A stretch of 64,000 bases of DNA from Endomicrobiia bacterium. Its GTDB lineage: Bacteria > Elusimicrobiota > Endomicrobiia > DTEH01. The position numbers were made by a program, and so were the translations under genes. Below are positions 29,434-39,325 of the stretch, in pieces. The stretch's first letter is position 1. Every line of letters starts with the position of its first letter. The notes beneath the pieces were generated by a model, which searched no databases, was not told the DNA's origin, and saw nothing but the letters and a program-made list of their open reading frames with translations. The stretch spans positions 162,679 to 226,678 of the forward strand of contig JBCNUU010000003.1 of NCBI GenBank assembly GCA_039630545.1, given 5' to 3'.

Positions 29434-30732
29434 ATGAATAAAAAATGGAATTTTTGGATTAACAAAATTAAACAATTAAAAGAAACATCTTATAAATTCT
29501 CTAGTATTTCTGAAGAAGTTATAAATGAACTTCTAAAAAAAATAAAGGAAAATCTTTTTCAAAATAAATCTGCAATAATAAATGCTAATTTAAAAGACAT
29601 ACAACTTGCAAAAAAATTAAAACTTTCTTCAGCTTTGATTGATAGATTGACACTTAATGATAAAAGATTTAAAGAAATGTTAGACGGTATAGATACAGTA
29701 ATATCATTACCTTCTCCAATAAATAAAACACTGAAAGAATGGAAAAGAAATCTTTCTGGTGGAGAAATTACTATTAAGAAAGTTAGTGTTCCTTTAGGAG
29801 TTGTTTTAATGGTGTATGAATCAAGACCAAATGTAACAGTTGATGCAACTGTACTATGTATTAAATCAGGCAATTGTGTTATTCTTAGAGGAGGTTCTGA
29901 GACAATTAATACTAATAAAGAGTTAGTAAAAGTAATAAATTTGTCTGTTAAAGAAATCTGGAAAAAGTTTAATTTAGAGCTATCACCTGAAATAGTCCTT
30001 TTTATTGATGAAAAATCCTACGAATTCTTATATGAAATTTTAAAATTAGACAGATACATAGATTTAGTAATTCCTCGTGGTGGAGAAAAGATGGTTAATT
30101 CTATAAAAGAAAAATCTTTAATACCTGTAATTTCTCATGGTAGTGGAGTATGTCATACTTATGTTGATAGCTCAGCAGATATAGAAGTAGCTTTAAAAGT
30201 ATGTCTTAATGCTAAAGTTCAAAGGCCATCAGTATGTAATGCCATGGAAACACTTTTGGTTCATAAAGATATAGCAGAGGATTTCTTACCTAAAATGGCA
30301 GAGCTTTACATTAAACACAATGTAGAGCTTCGAGGTTGTCAACAAACTTTTAATTTATTAAAAAAATACAATATTAAAATAAAAAAAGCAAAAAAAGATG
30401 ATTTTGGAAAAGAATATCTAGATTATATACTTGCAATTAAAATTGTAAAAGATATAGATGAAGCAATATATCATATAAATAATTATGGTTCCCATCATTC
30501 AGATGCCATAATAACTAAAGATGAGTATGCTCAACAAAAGTTTAATAAAGAGGTGGATTCTTCTGCCATATTTATAAATTCGTCAACCAGACTTCATGAT
30601 GGAGGAGTTTTTGGTTTTGGTAGTGAGATTGGTATATCTACTTCTAAATTGCACGCTAGAGGAACGATGGGAATAAATGAGCTTACTACAACCAAGTATA
30701 TAGTTGTTGGAGAAGGAGCAATAAGAGAATAG
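29434..30732 (+). CDS. proA: Glutamate-5-semialdehyde dehydrogenase
   Basis: VPLGV..YESRPNVT, LRGGSE, RPSVCNAMETLL, GSHHSD, EIGISTSKLHARG. Confidence 0.96.
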   Translation: MNKKWNFWINKIKQLKETSYKFSSISEEVINELLKKIKENLFQNKSAIINANLKDIQLAKKLKLSSALIDRLTLNDKRFKEMLDGIDTVISLPSPINKTLKEWKRNLSGGEITIKKVSVPLGVVLMVYESRPNVTVDATVLCIKSGNCVILRGGSETINTNKELVKVINLSVKEIWKKFNLELSPEIVLFIDEKSYEFLYEILKLDRYIDLVIPRGGEKMVNSIKEKSLIPVISHGSGVCHTYVDSSADIEVALKVCLNAKVQRPSVCNAMETLLVHKDIAEDFLPKMAELYIKHNVELRGCQQTFNLLKKYNIKIKKAKKDDFGKEYLDYILAIKIVKDIDEAIYHINNYGSHHSDAIITKDEYAQQKFNKEVDSSAIFINSSTRLHDGGVFGFGSEIGISTSKLHARGTMGINELTTTKYIVVGEGAIRE

Positions 30733-30738
30733 ACTGCT

Positions 30739-31335
30739 ATGAGTTTTACTAAAAATATAATTCTTTTTGGTGGTACATTTGATCCGGTTCATATAGGACA
30801 TTTAATTTTAGCACAATCTGCCTTTGAATTTATTTGTGCGCAAAAAGTAATATTTATTCCTTGTTATAAACCGCCTCATAAAATCGGTTTTGAATTATCT
30901 AACTGGCAACATAGAGTTAATATGCTGAAGCTTTCTATTAAAGGAATCAAGCACTTTGAATTAAGTTTATTTGAAATTAGGCAAAAAAGAATATCTTATA
31001 CCTATATCACTGTAGATTTTTTTTCTCAGAAATTCCGAGATTATAATCTATACTTTTTGATAGGTTTTGATTCTTTGTTATCTTTGCCTACCTGGGAAAG
31101 ATGGCAGCAAATATTACAAAAAGTTTATTTTCTTGTAGGTGAGAGGAATGTTGATAAAGCTTCGATGGAAAAGCTACCTGACATAATTATTAAGAAAGTG
31201 GTTTTTTTTAAATCACCAATAATTGAAGTTTCATCCAGTATGATAAGAGAAAGAATAAAAAATAAACTTTCTATAAAATATTTTGTGAGTCCTTCTGTGG
31301 AGAAATACATAATTAATAAAAAATTATATCTATGA
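30739..31335 (+). CDS. nadD: Nicotinate-nucleotide adenylyltransferase
   Basis: GGTFDPVHIGH, PPHK, SYTYIT, IGFD, SSSMIR. Confidence 0.94.
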   Translation: MSFTKNIILFGGTFDPVHIGHLILAQSAFEFICAQKVIFIPCYKPPHKIGFELSNWQHRVNMLKLSIKGIKHFELSLFEIRQKRISYTYITVDFFSQKFRDYNLYFLIGFDSLLSLPTWERWQQILQKVYFLVGERNVDKASMEKLPDIIIKKVVFFKSPIIEVSSSMIRERIKNKLSIKYFVSPSVEKYIINKKLYL

Positions 31336-32507
31336 AACTGAAGTTCAAACATTTGTTATTGTTTACTTTTTGTGGTTTGGTATTGTATATTGGATATCTT
31401 TCGCAGAAAAGTGTATTGATAAAAAATTTAGCTTCGCAAAAAAGGATTAATTTTCTTTTGTTAGGAACAGATTTAGTAGACAACTCCGTGCATGCTGATA
31501 CTATTATTCTTTTGAGTTATTTGCCATCTGAGAGAGTGTTAGATATAGTGTCTATTCCTAGAGATATATATATCGATGTAGAAGGTCTACAATATAAAAA
31601 ACTTACAGAAGTATATGCTTATTTATATTTTAATCTTAAAGACAAACATAAAGCTGTAAAAGAATTTATTAATCTTTTAGAACAAAAATTGTTTTCAACC
31701 GGAGAAAAAAAGCTTCAAATTTTTTATTTTTTTATACTAGACTATAATAATTTCATAAAACTTATTGATACCATAGGAAAAATAAAAATCACAGTAGACA
31801 GACCAATGCACTATGATGATCATGCGGGTAATCTTCATATTCACTTTGAACCCGGTGTCTACTATTTGAATGGGGAAGAAGCTTTAAAATATGTACGTTT
31901 TAGGGATACTACTGGTGACATAGGAAGAATTTATAGACAGCAGCAGTTTATTAAAAATTTAATAAACAGAATTTTGTCTGTGGATATCTTGTACAAACTA
32001 CCAAAATTGATATATACGTTTAACAAGAGCATTTTCACAAATATTAATTTTTTGGAAACACTGAATTTGCTTTTAGAATTTAAAAATTTAAAATTTTCAA
32101 ACTTAAGATTTTCAATTTTACCTGGAAAACCCAAGGGAAGATATATTGAGGTTGAAAAAAATACTATTGATGAACTATTAGAACATTTTTTAACTAATAG
32201 ACAAAGTCTGGAAAATAAAGAAACAAAAAAGAAAGTTATTGTGAAAATTTATAATGCTTCTTGTAAACCAAAACTTGCAAAACAGGTAGCATTTTTTCTT
32301 AGAGAAAAAGGTTATGATGTTTTGGATTGGGCTAATTGGTATTGTAAATTACCAAAAAGTAAAATAATAGATTATTCTAATGATGTTAAATCTTTAAATC
32401 AACTATGTAATCTTTTAAATATTTTTGACATAAATAAATCTTATAGTTTAGAAGAGCAGATAGATTTTGCTGTAATTTTAGGTGAGGATTTTGTTTTAAC
32501 TTATTAA
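31332..32507 (+). CDS. LCP (LytR-CpsA-Psr) family protein with LytR_C domain
   Basis: N-terminal TM, LLLGTD, DTII, SIPRD, ALKYVRFR, DIGRIYRQQ; C-terminal IYNAS..LA...VILGED. Confidence 0.9.
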   Translation: MKLKFKHLLLFTFCGLVLYIGYLSQKSVLIKNLASQKRINFLLLGTDLVDNSVHADTIILLSYLPSERVLDIVSIPRDIYIDVEGLQYKKLTEVYAYLYFNLKDKHKAVKEFINLLEQKLFSTGEKKLQIFYFFILDYNNFIKLIDTIGKIKITVDRPMHYDDHAGNLHIHFEPGVYYLNGEEALKYVRFRDTTGDIGRIYRQQQFIKNLINRILSVDILYKLPKLIYTFNKSIFTNINFLETLNLLLEFKNLKFSNLRFSILPGKPKGRYIEVEKNTIDELLEHFLTNRQSLENKETKKKVIVKIYNASCKPKLAKQVAFFLREKGYDVLDWANWYCKLPKSKIIDYSNDVKSLNQLCNLLNIFDINKSYSLEEQIDFAVILGEDFVLTY

Positions 32508-32531
32508 AATAAATAAAAAGGAGCTTTTTTT

Positions 32532-33146
32532 ATGAAAAAAGATGTTTTGTTAATTGTTGATGTACAAAATGATTTTTGTCCCCAGGGAGCGTTACCGGTT
32601 CCTGACGGAGATAGGGTAGTTCCTGTAATAAATAAAATTATAAATAAATTTTTCAAAGTAGTTGCTACCCAAGACTGGCATCCAGAAGATCACATCTCTT
32701 TTGCCAAAACACACAACAAAAATATAGGAGAGGTTATAGAAATAAATGGTGTTTCACAAGTCTTATGGCCTGTTCACTGTGTAAGAGGTAGTGTTGGAGC
32801 ACAACTCCACAAAGATTTAAACGAAAAAGAAATAGATTTAATAATAAGAAAAGGAACCAATCCACAGATTGATTCTTATTCTGCTTTTTTAGAAAATGAT
32901 AAAAAGACAGAAACTGGCCTTCATTGGTGGCTAAAAGGTTTAGGTATAAAGGAAGTTTATATTTGTGGTTTGGCTTTAGACTATTGTGTTTATTTTTCTG
33001 CGTGTGATGCTGTGAATTTTGGTTTTGATACTTATGTGATTTTAGATGCAACAAAAGGAGTAGATATTCCCGAAGGAAACCTACAACGAGCATTAAAACA
33101 TATGGAATCTATTGGAGTAAAAATAATTAACCATGAACAGATATGA
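32532..33146 (+). CDS. pncA: Nicotinamidase/pyrazinamidase
   Basis: VDVQNDF..GALPV, TQDWHP, WPVHCV, RKG, YSAF, GLALDYCV. Confidence 0.95.
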   Translation: MKKDVLLIVDVQNDFCPQGALPVPDGDRVVPVINKIINKFFKVVATQDWHPEDHISFAKTHNKNIGEVIEINGVSQVLWPVHCVRGSVGAQLHKDLNEKEIDLIIRKGTNPQIDSYSAFLENDKKTETGLHWWLKGLGIKEVYICGLALDYCVYFSACDAVNFGFDTYVILDATKGVDIPEGNLQRALKHMESIGVKIINHEQI

Positions 33147-34563
33147 TTCTTTGTTGCTTACTGATTTGTATGAACTGACAATGGCACAAGGGTATTTTTT
33201 TTATAAAAAAAATGAGTATGCAGTGTTTGATTTGACATTTAGAAAAGCGCCATTTAATAATGGTTTTATAGTTTTTGCTGGACTTGAAACATTGGTGAAT
33301 ATAATTTTAAACTTAAGAGTTGAATATGAAGATATAAAATATTTAGAATCTTCCGGGTTATTCAAAAAAGAATTTTTAGAATATCTCAAAAAATTTAAAT
33401 TTACAGGAGATATATATTCAGTAGAAGAAGGAGAAATAGTTTTTCCTAAAGAGCCAGTTTTAAGAATTCATGCTCCTATAATTCAAGCTCAACTTTTAGA
33501 AAGTATAGTCTTAAATATAATAAATTTTCAAACACTAATAGCTACAAAAACAGCCAGAATATCAGAAGTTGCAGAAGGAAAAATGATTTTAGAATTTGGC
33601 CTTCGGAGGGCTCAAGGTATAGACGGTGCTTTGTCTGCTACAAGAGCTGCTTATATAGGAGGAGCTTTCGGGACATCTAATGTGCTGGCTGGAAAGATGT
33701 ATAATATTCCTGTAAGAGGAACAATGGCACATTCTTGGGTGATGAGTTTTGACAGTGAATATGAAGCTTTTGAAAAATTTACAAAACTTTATCCAGAAAA
33801 TGCTATTTTGCTTATAGATACCTACAATACCTTAAAAAGTGGGATAAAGAATGCTGTGAAAATTTTAAAAAAACTAAAAAGAAAAGGGATTAAAAATTTT
33901 GGTATAAGACTAGACAGTGGAGATTTAGAGACATTGAGTAAAAAAGTAAGATATCTTTTAGATAAAGAAGGTCTTAAAGAGGCAAAAATTGTAGTATCAA
34001 ATGAACTAGATGAATACATAATCAGTCAACTTTTAAATAGAAAATCTCCCATAGATATATTTGGAGTTGGTACAAAACTAATCACTGGTCATCCTGATGC
34101 ATCAGTAAGTGGTGTGTATAAGATAGTTGCTAAAAGAAAAAATAAAAAATATGTTCCTGTTATAAAATTTTCAGACACTCCAGAGAAGGTTTCTTTGCCT
34201 CATGTAAAAAATATAACAAGGTTTTATACACGAAATGGTTTTTTGTTTGATGTTATTCATTTAGAAAAAGAAAAATTAAAAAAAGATTGTAGGATATATC
34301 ACCCTGATTTCCACTATCAAATAAAAACATGTAATAATTTAGAATGCGAAAAAAAGTTGCTACTTAAAAAAATAATAGATAAAGGAAATTTGATATATCA
34401 ATTTCCATCTCTTGTTCAGATAAAGGAAAGAACTATTAACAATTTAAAAATTTTACCAGCAGAATACAAAAGACTAATAAATCCCCACATATATCCTGTT
34501 GGGATAACAGAAAAACTTAAAAATCTAAAAGAAATTTTGATAAGAAGAAAAATAGTTAATTAA
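33133..34563 (+). CDS. pncB: Nicotinate phosphoribosyltransferase
   Basis: LLTDLYELTM, EFGLRRAQG, GTMAHSW, LIDTY, IRLDSGD, FGVGT. Confidence 0.95.
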   Translation: MNRYDSLLLTDLYELTMAQGYFFYKKNEYAVFDLTFRKAPFNNGFIVFAGLETLVNIILNLRVEYEDIKYLESSGLFKKEFLEYLKKFKFTGDIYSVEEGEIVFPKEPVLRIHAPIIQAQLLESIVLNIINFQTLIATKTARISEVAEGKMILEFGLRRAQGIDGALSATRAAYIGGAFGTSNVLAGKMYNIPVRGTMAHSWVMSFDSEYEAFEKFTKLYPENAILLIDTYNTLKSGIKNAVKILKKLKRKGIKNFGIRLDSGDLETLSKKVRYLLDKEGLKEAKIVVSNELDEYIISQLLNRKSPIDIFGVGTKLITGHPDASVSGVYKIVAKRKNKKYVPVIKFSDTPEKVSLPHVKNITRFYTRNGFLFDVIHLEKEKLKKDCRIYHPDFHYQIKTCNNLECEKKLLLKKIIDKGNLIYQFPSLVQIKERTINNLKILPAEYKRLINPHIYPVGITEKLKNLKEILIRRKIVN

Positions 34564-34585
34564 AATAAGGAGTTATTTATTATTT

Positions 34586-35134
34586 ATGAAAAAAATAAAT
34601 TTATTTTTTATACTTTCTTTTTATTCAGTAATATTTTTTGGATGTCAGACATATCAACCTTCTGTGCAAGTTTTGCCGCCTCATATAAAGACCATAGCTG
34701 TTCAACCTTTTGAAAATAAAACAAATATATTTGGTTTAGAAGACACACTTCGACTCGAAGTAAACAACGAATTGCTTAAAGATGGTAGGTTTACTGTTAC
34801 TAATGATATTAACAACTCAGATGGATATATAGGAGGAAGTATTTCTTATTACATTTTACAGCCAATTGCATATGGAGAGAATTTTGAAGTTCAACAATAT
34901 AAATTAAGAGTGATAATGGATTTATACTTTGTAGATAGAATAAACAATGTAACTCTTTGGGAGGAAAAAAATCTTGAAGAAGTTTTATTTTTTGCAGCGT
35001 CAACTCTTCCTGGAGGTCTTACAGAGGAAGAGGCAAAAAAAACTGTAATTTTGAATTTAGCAAAAAAAATTTATCTTCGCACTGTTGAAGGATTTGGTTC
35101 GGTTACAGGAAGGTCATATAAAAAAGTTCCATAG
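34586..35134 (+). CDS. lptE: LptE-family LPS-assembly lipoprotein
   Basis: Lipobox FFGC, LPPHIKTIAVQPFENKT; conserved position upstream of holA. Confidence 0.75.
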   Translation: MKKINLFFILSFYSVIFFGCQTYQPSVQVLPPHIKTIAVQPFENKTNIFGLEDTLRLEVNNELLKDGRFTVTNDINNSDGYIGGSISYYILQPIAYGENFEVQQYKLRVIMDLYFVDRINNVTLWEEKNLEEVLFFAASTLPGGLTEEEAKKTVILNLAKKIYLRTVEGFGSVTGRSYKKVP

Positions 35135-35141
35135 ATTTGTT

Positions 35142-36056
35142 ATGAAAAGAAAGTTTTATTATAAAGAATTTGGAGATAAGATACCACAGCTTCTTAAAGA
35201 AGCTAATATATTTTTCTTTTATGGTCCTAACAACTACAGTATGATAGAAATTTTAGATAAAATTTTTTCTTCCTTTGATACTATTTCAAAGGATATCATT
35301 TATAGTTGGGAAACAAACATTGAAGAAGTAGCTAAAAAACTTACCACTATGGAGTTGTTTAGCAACAATACAGTGGTAGTATTAAGATATTTCGATAGGT
35401 CAAACAAAACATTTAGAAAGAATTTGATAGAGTTTCTTAAAGAATATAAATTTCATAATTACTTATTTATTCTTTATGAGAAAGAACTTTTAGTAAAAGA
35501 AAAAGACGAAACAATAGATTTTTTGTTAGAAAGCTTTATTTTGGTAGAATATCCTCAACTTACAAAAGAAGAAATTATTGAAAATTTTATTCCTGAAAGG
35601 GCAAACTTTCCATTATCCGATGAAGCTAAAGAAGCACTTTTTGAAAATACCGGCAGTGATTTGTGGCTTCTATCGAATGAAATTGAAAAATTATCCTATT
35701 TTGTAGGAGGAAAAAAAATTGTATCTAAAGAAGATGTTGAAAGATGTTGTAATGAATATGAAATACCTGAAATTAAAGATTTGATTGAAGCTATAATCAG
35801 CAATACCGTATCTCAAAAGTTCAACATTTTAAATCAATTGATCTCTAATAACTATACTGCTTTAGGAGTTATAAACAGTTTATACAGATATTTTAGAAAA
35901 AATTTTTTATTTAAGAAAATATCTTTATTAAAAGCTTACAAAATATTAAAAGAAATTCAATTTGCTGATTATAAACTTAAAACATCTTCAAATGGGAGAT
36001 ATGCTGTAGAAAGTTGTATATTAAAAATATCTCAAATATACCACGATTTACTTTAA
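35142..36056 (+). CDS. holA: DNA polymerase III delta subunit
   Basis: FFFYG, MELFS..VVVL, GSDLWLLSNEIEKL, DYKLKTS; lptE-holA-rpsT synteny. Confidence 0.82.
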   Translation: MKRKFYYKEFGDKIPQLLKEANIFFFYGPNNYSMIEILDKIFSSFDTISKDIIYSWETNIEEVAKKLTTMELFSNNTVVVLRYFDRSNKTFRKNLIEFLKEYKFHNYLFILYEKELLVKEKDETIDFLLESFILVEYPQLTKEEIIENFIPERANFPLSDEAKEALFENTGSDLWLLSNEIEKLSYFVGGKKIVSKEDVERCCNEYEIPEIKDLIEAIISNTVSQKFNILNQLISNNYTALGVINSLYRYFRKNFLFKKISLLKAYKILKEIQFADYKLKTSSNGRYAVESCILKISQIYHDLL

Positions 36057-36326
36057 TTCAACAAGTTTTTTTGCTAAGTTGGATTTAAGACGAGCAGCTT
36101 TATTTTTATGGATATAGTGTACTTTTGCAGCTTTATCTACAGCTTTATAAAATTGTTGAAGTAATTTTTTAGCTTCTTCTAATTTTTTTTCAGCAACTGC
36201 TTTAAGAAACAATTTTTTTGTTTCTTTGATTCTATTTTTTAATATTATGTTTCTTGCTCTTCTTTTTAAAGATTTGCGAAGTTCTTTTAAAGCTGATGTA
36301 TGACGGCCACCTTTGAGCTTAGCCAT
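36048..36326 (-). CDS. rpsT: 30S ribosomal protein S20
   Basis: SALKELRKS.KRRARN, VDKAAK..IHKNKAARLKS; SD AAGGAG. Confidence 0.96.
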   Translation of the reverse strand: MAKLKGGRHTSALKELRKSLKRRARNIILKNRIKETKKLFLKAVAEKKLEEAKKLLQQFYKAVDKAAKVHYIHKNKAARLKSNLAKKLVELK

Positions 36327-36409
36327 AGGTTTTCTCCTTATTTAATTTTTTAATTAAAATTAAGAGGATTTTAAATTAATATATTTTACTTTTAAAATCA
36401 ATAATTTAA

Positions 36410-37966
36410 ATGAAAAAAAATAAGTTAATACTTAAAAATATGTCCTTTGTATCTGCAGGAATAATGATATCCAGGATACTTGGTTATTTTAGAGATATGT
36501 TGGTAGCTAAAATGTTTGGAGCGGGCTTTTATGGAGATGCTTTTTATGCAGCGTTTAGAATTCCTAACCTATTTAGAAGATTATTTGGTGAAAATTCCTT
36601 AAACGCAGCATTTGTCCCTGTACTTAGTGAGTATATGCTGAAAGATACAAAGGAAAGAACAGAAGAATTTCTTTCTGTTATTTCTACTGTTATGGTTGGA
36701 ATTCTTAGTGTATTGACAATTTTGGGTGTTTTATTTGCAGTTCCTTTAATTAAACTTATTACCTGGGGTTTTCCAGAAGAAAAAATATTTCTTACTGCTA
36801 AACTTTTGCAGATTATGTTTCCGTATATGATCTTTATATGTCTTGCTGCGTTGGGTTTAAGTATACTTAATTGTCTAAAAATATTTTTTATACCAGCTAT
36901 TTCATCTTCATCTTTAAGTATAGCAGAGATAATTTTTATTCTTTTTGTTGCTGTGTACTTGCCTGAAGAGAAAAGAATTTTTGGTTTAGCTTTAAGTGTA
37001 TTAGTTGGAGGAATGCTTCAGTTATGTATAAATTTTGCATTTGTTTCTAAACACTATAAAATAACCTTGAACTTTAAAAAATTTTTTTATTATCTGACCT
37101 TACCAGAAGTTAAAAGAGTTTATTTACTTTTTTTACCAGTTGTTGTTGGCTTTTCCACAGATCAAATAAACGCGTTGGTTGATACTCTTTGTGCCTCTTT
37201 TTTAAAAGAAGGTTCAATTTCTGCACTTTATTATTCTAACAGACTTATGCAGCTTCCTTTAGCATTGTTTGCAATTTCTTTAACCACAGTAGTTTTACCT
37301 CAAATGTCACAGGAGGTAGCCACTTTGGATTACGATGAGCTTAAAGAAACCGTTATACATTCTTTAAGAAACATTCTTTTTTTTATTTTGCCAGCATCTA
37401 TTGGGCTTGTCATTTTAGGTAAAGATATAATAAAGACACTTTTTGAATATGGTAAATTTACAAAAACAGCTACTTTAATGACTTATTCTTGTTTAGCATT
37501 TTATTCATTAGGGCTTTTGTTTTTTTCTGTGTCAAAAGTTTTTACAATCGCATTTTATGCACTTAAAAAACCTGATTATCCAGTAAAAGTTTCAATGAAG
37601 ATGGTAGTGTTAAATGCTATATTAAATGTGATCCTTATGCAATTTTTAGAAGTTGGTGGATTAGCTTTAGCTACTTCGTTGGCTTCTTTTGTGGCTACAA
37701 TTTTGTTATATGTTGAACTTAAAAAAATAATTAATATAAATTTTTCTTCAATTAAAAGTTTGTTATTTAAAACGTTTCTTGCAAATGCAGTTTTTATTTT
37801 ATTTCTTTTTATTATTAAAACTATCATACAAAATTCATATATAGTTACATTTTTAGGAGTAACCTCAGGAGTTTTTGTTTATTTTATGACTACTAAAATA
37901 CTTAAAATTGAAGAAACACAAATAATAACTTCATTTTTAAGAAAATTTCTACAGATTTATGGATGA
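36410..37966 (+). CDS. murJ: Lipid II flippase MurJ
   Basis: SRILGYFRD, DAFYAAFRIPNLFRRLFGE, LYYSNRLMQLP, GLALATS. Confidence 0.95.
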   Translation: MKKNKLILKNMSFVSAGIMISRILGYFRDMLVAKMFGAGFYGDAFYAAFRIPNLFRRLFGENSLNAAFVPVLSEYMLKDTKERTEEFLSVISTVMVGILSVLTILGVLFAVPLIKLITWGFPEEKIFLTAKLLQIMFPYMIFICLAALGLSILNCLKIFFIPAISSSSLSIAEIIFILFVAVYLPEEKRIFGLALSVLVGGMLQLCINFAFVSKHYKITLNFKKFFYYLTLPEVKRVYLLFLPVVVGFSTDQINALVDTLCASFLKEGSISALYYSNRLMQLPLALFAISLTTVVLPQMSQEVATLDYDELKETVIHSLRNILFFILPASIGLVILGKDIIKTLFEYGKFTKTATLMTYSCLAFYSLGLLFFSVSKVFTIAFYALKKPDYPVKVSMKMVVLNAILNVILMQFLEVGGLALATSLASFVATILLYVELKKIININFSSIKSLLFKTFLANAVFILFLFIIKTIIQNSYIVTFLGVTSGVFVYFMTTKILKIEETQIITSFLRKFLQIYG

Positions 37967-39317
37967 AGATTTAAATTCACAAGTAAAAAACATACCCAAA
38001 GTACCTGGTGTTTATTTAATGAGAGATTCCTCTAATAAGATAGTATATATTGGAAAAGCAAGGAATCTTTATTCCAGAATTAAGTCCTATTTTGTAAACA
38101 ACAAAGATACAAGACTTATAGGAGCAATGTTTTATAACATAAAATCTATAGACTACATTGTATGCGGTTCTGAAAAAGAAGCATTAATTTTAGAACAAAA
38201 ACTTATAAAAAAAATTCAGCCTCAGTACAATGTAATATGGCGAGATGATAAATCTTATTTGATGATAAGCATAGATACATCTGAACCATTCCCGGGGATA
38301 AACTTTATTCGTTATAAGGAATATTTAGACAATAAAAAAAAATCAAAAAATATTATTTACTTTGGTCCATATCCTTCAGCAAAACAAATAAAATCGGTTA
38401 TTAAATTCGTTTTGAAATTTTTTAAAATTCGTAGATGTAAACATAATTCTAAATTATTTTTAAATCCTCAATTTAAAAATAAATTTAGCAGTTGTGTTTA
38501 TTATCAAACAAAACAATGTATTGCACCATGTATTTTAACCTCACAGCCGGATAGATACAAGGAGATACAAAAAAACTATAAAAATCTTATAAAAAACATA
38601 ATTTTATTTCTTAAAGGGAAAAATAAAAAACTTATTGAACAGCTTAAGTCAAAAATGAAAGAATATTCAGATAAATTAAACTTTGAACAGGCAATACTAC
38701 TTAGGGATGTAATAAATTATTTATCTAACATATTTTCAAAGTGTGTTATAAAACAGGTAGAAGAAAAAGATATATTAGAAGCTACAATAGAAAAAATAGA
38801 GATATTAAAAAAATTAAAAGAAAAATTAAAGTTGAAATCTTTTCCAGCTATAATTGAAGCTATTGATATTTCTACATTTCAAGGAGTTGGTTCCTGTGGT
38901 TCAGTGGTCAGGTTTTTGAATGGAGAACCGGATAAATCTAGCTACAGGAGATATAAAATTAAAACATTAAAAGAATATGAAATAGATGACTATGCCATGT
39001 TAAAAGAAGTAGTAGAAAGAAGGTACAAAAGGCTATTAAAGGAAAAAAAACAACTTCCAGATTTAGTAATAATAGATGGAGGTAGAGGGCAGCTTAATGT
39101 GGCTTATGAAGTTTTAAAGGAATATAAAATTAATGAAAAAATAGATTTAATCTCTATAGCTAAAACGGAAGAATTGGTATATAGTTTAAATCTTGATGAT
39201 CCAGTAAAACTTGGTAGTTCTTTGGAGGATAACCTTTTAAGATATATTCGGGATGAGGCGCACAGGTTTGCGATAAAGTATAATAAAATTTTGTTAAGAA
39301 AAAAGTTAAATATATAA
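37959..39317 (+). CDS. uvrC: Excinuclease UvrC lacking C-terminal HhH domain
   Basis: GIY-YIG (PGVY..YIGKA), DDKSY, Cys cluster, UVR domain, RNase H-like DIS/DDY/IDGGRGQ, RDEAHRFAI then stop. Confidence 0.92.
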   Translation: MDEDLNSQVKNIPKVPGVYLMRDSSNKIVYIGKARNLYSRIKSYFVNNKDTRLIGAMFYNIKSIDYIVCGSEKEALILEQKLIKKIQPQYNVIWRDDKSYLMISIDTSEPFPGINFIRYKEYLDNKKKSKNIIYFGPYPSAKQIKSVIKFVLKFFKIRRCKHNSKLFLNPQFKNKFSSCVYYQTKQCIAPCILTSQPDRYKEIQKNYKNLIKNIILFLKGKNKKLIEQLKSKMKEYSDKLNFEQAILLRDVINYLSNIFSKCVIKQVEEKDILEATIEKIEILKKLKEKLKLKSFPAIIEAIDISTFQGVGSCGSVVRFLNGEPDKSSYRRYKIKTLKEYEIDDYAMLKEVVERRYKRLLKEKKQLPDLVIIDGGRGQLNVAYEVLKEYKINEKIDLISIAKTEELVYSLNLDDPVKLGSSLEDNLLRYIRDEAHRFAIKYNKILLRKKLNI

Positions 39318-39325
39318 CATATTCT

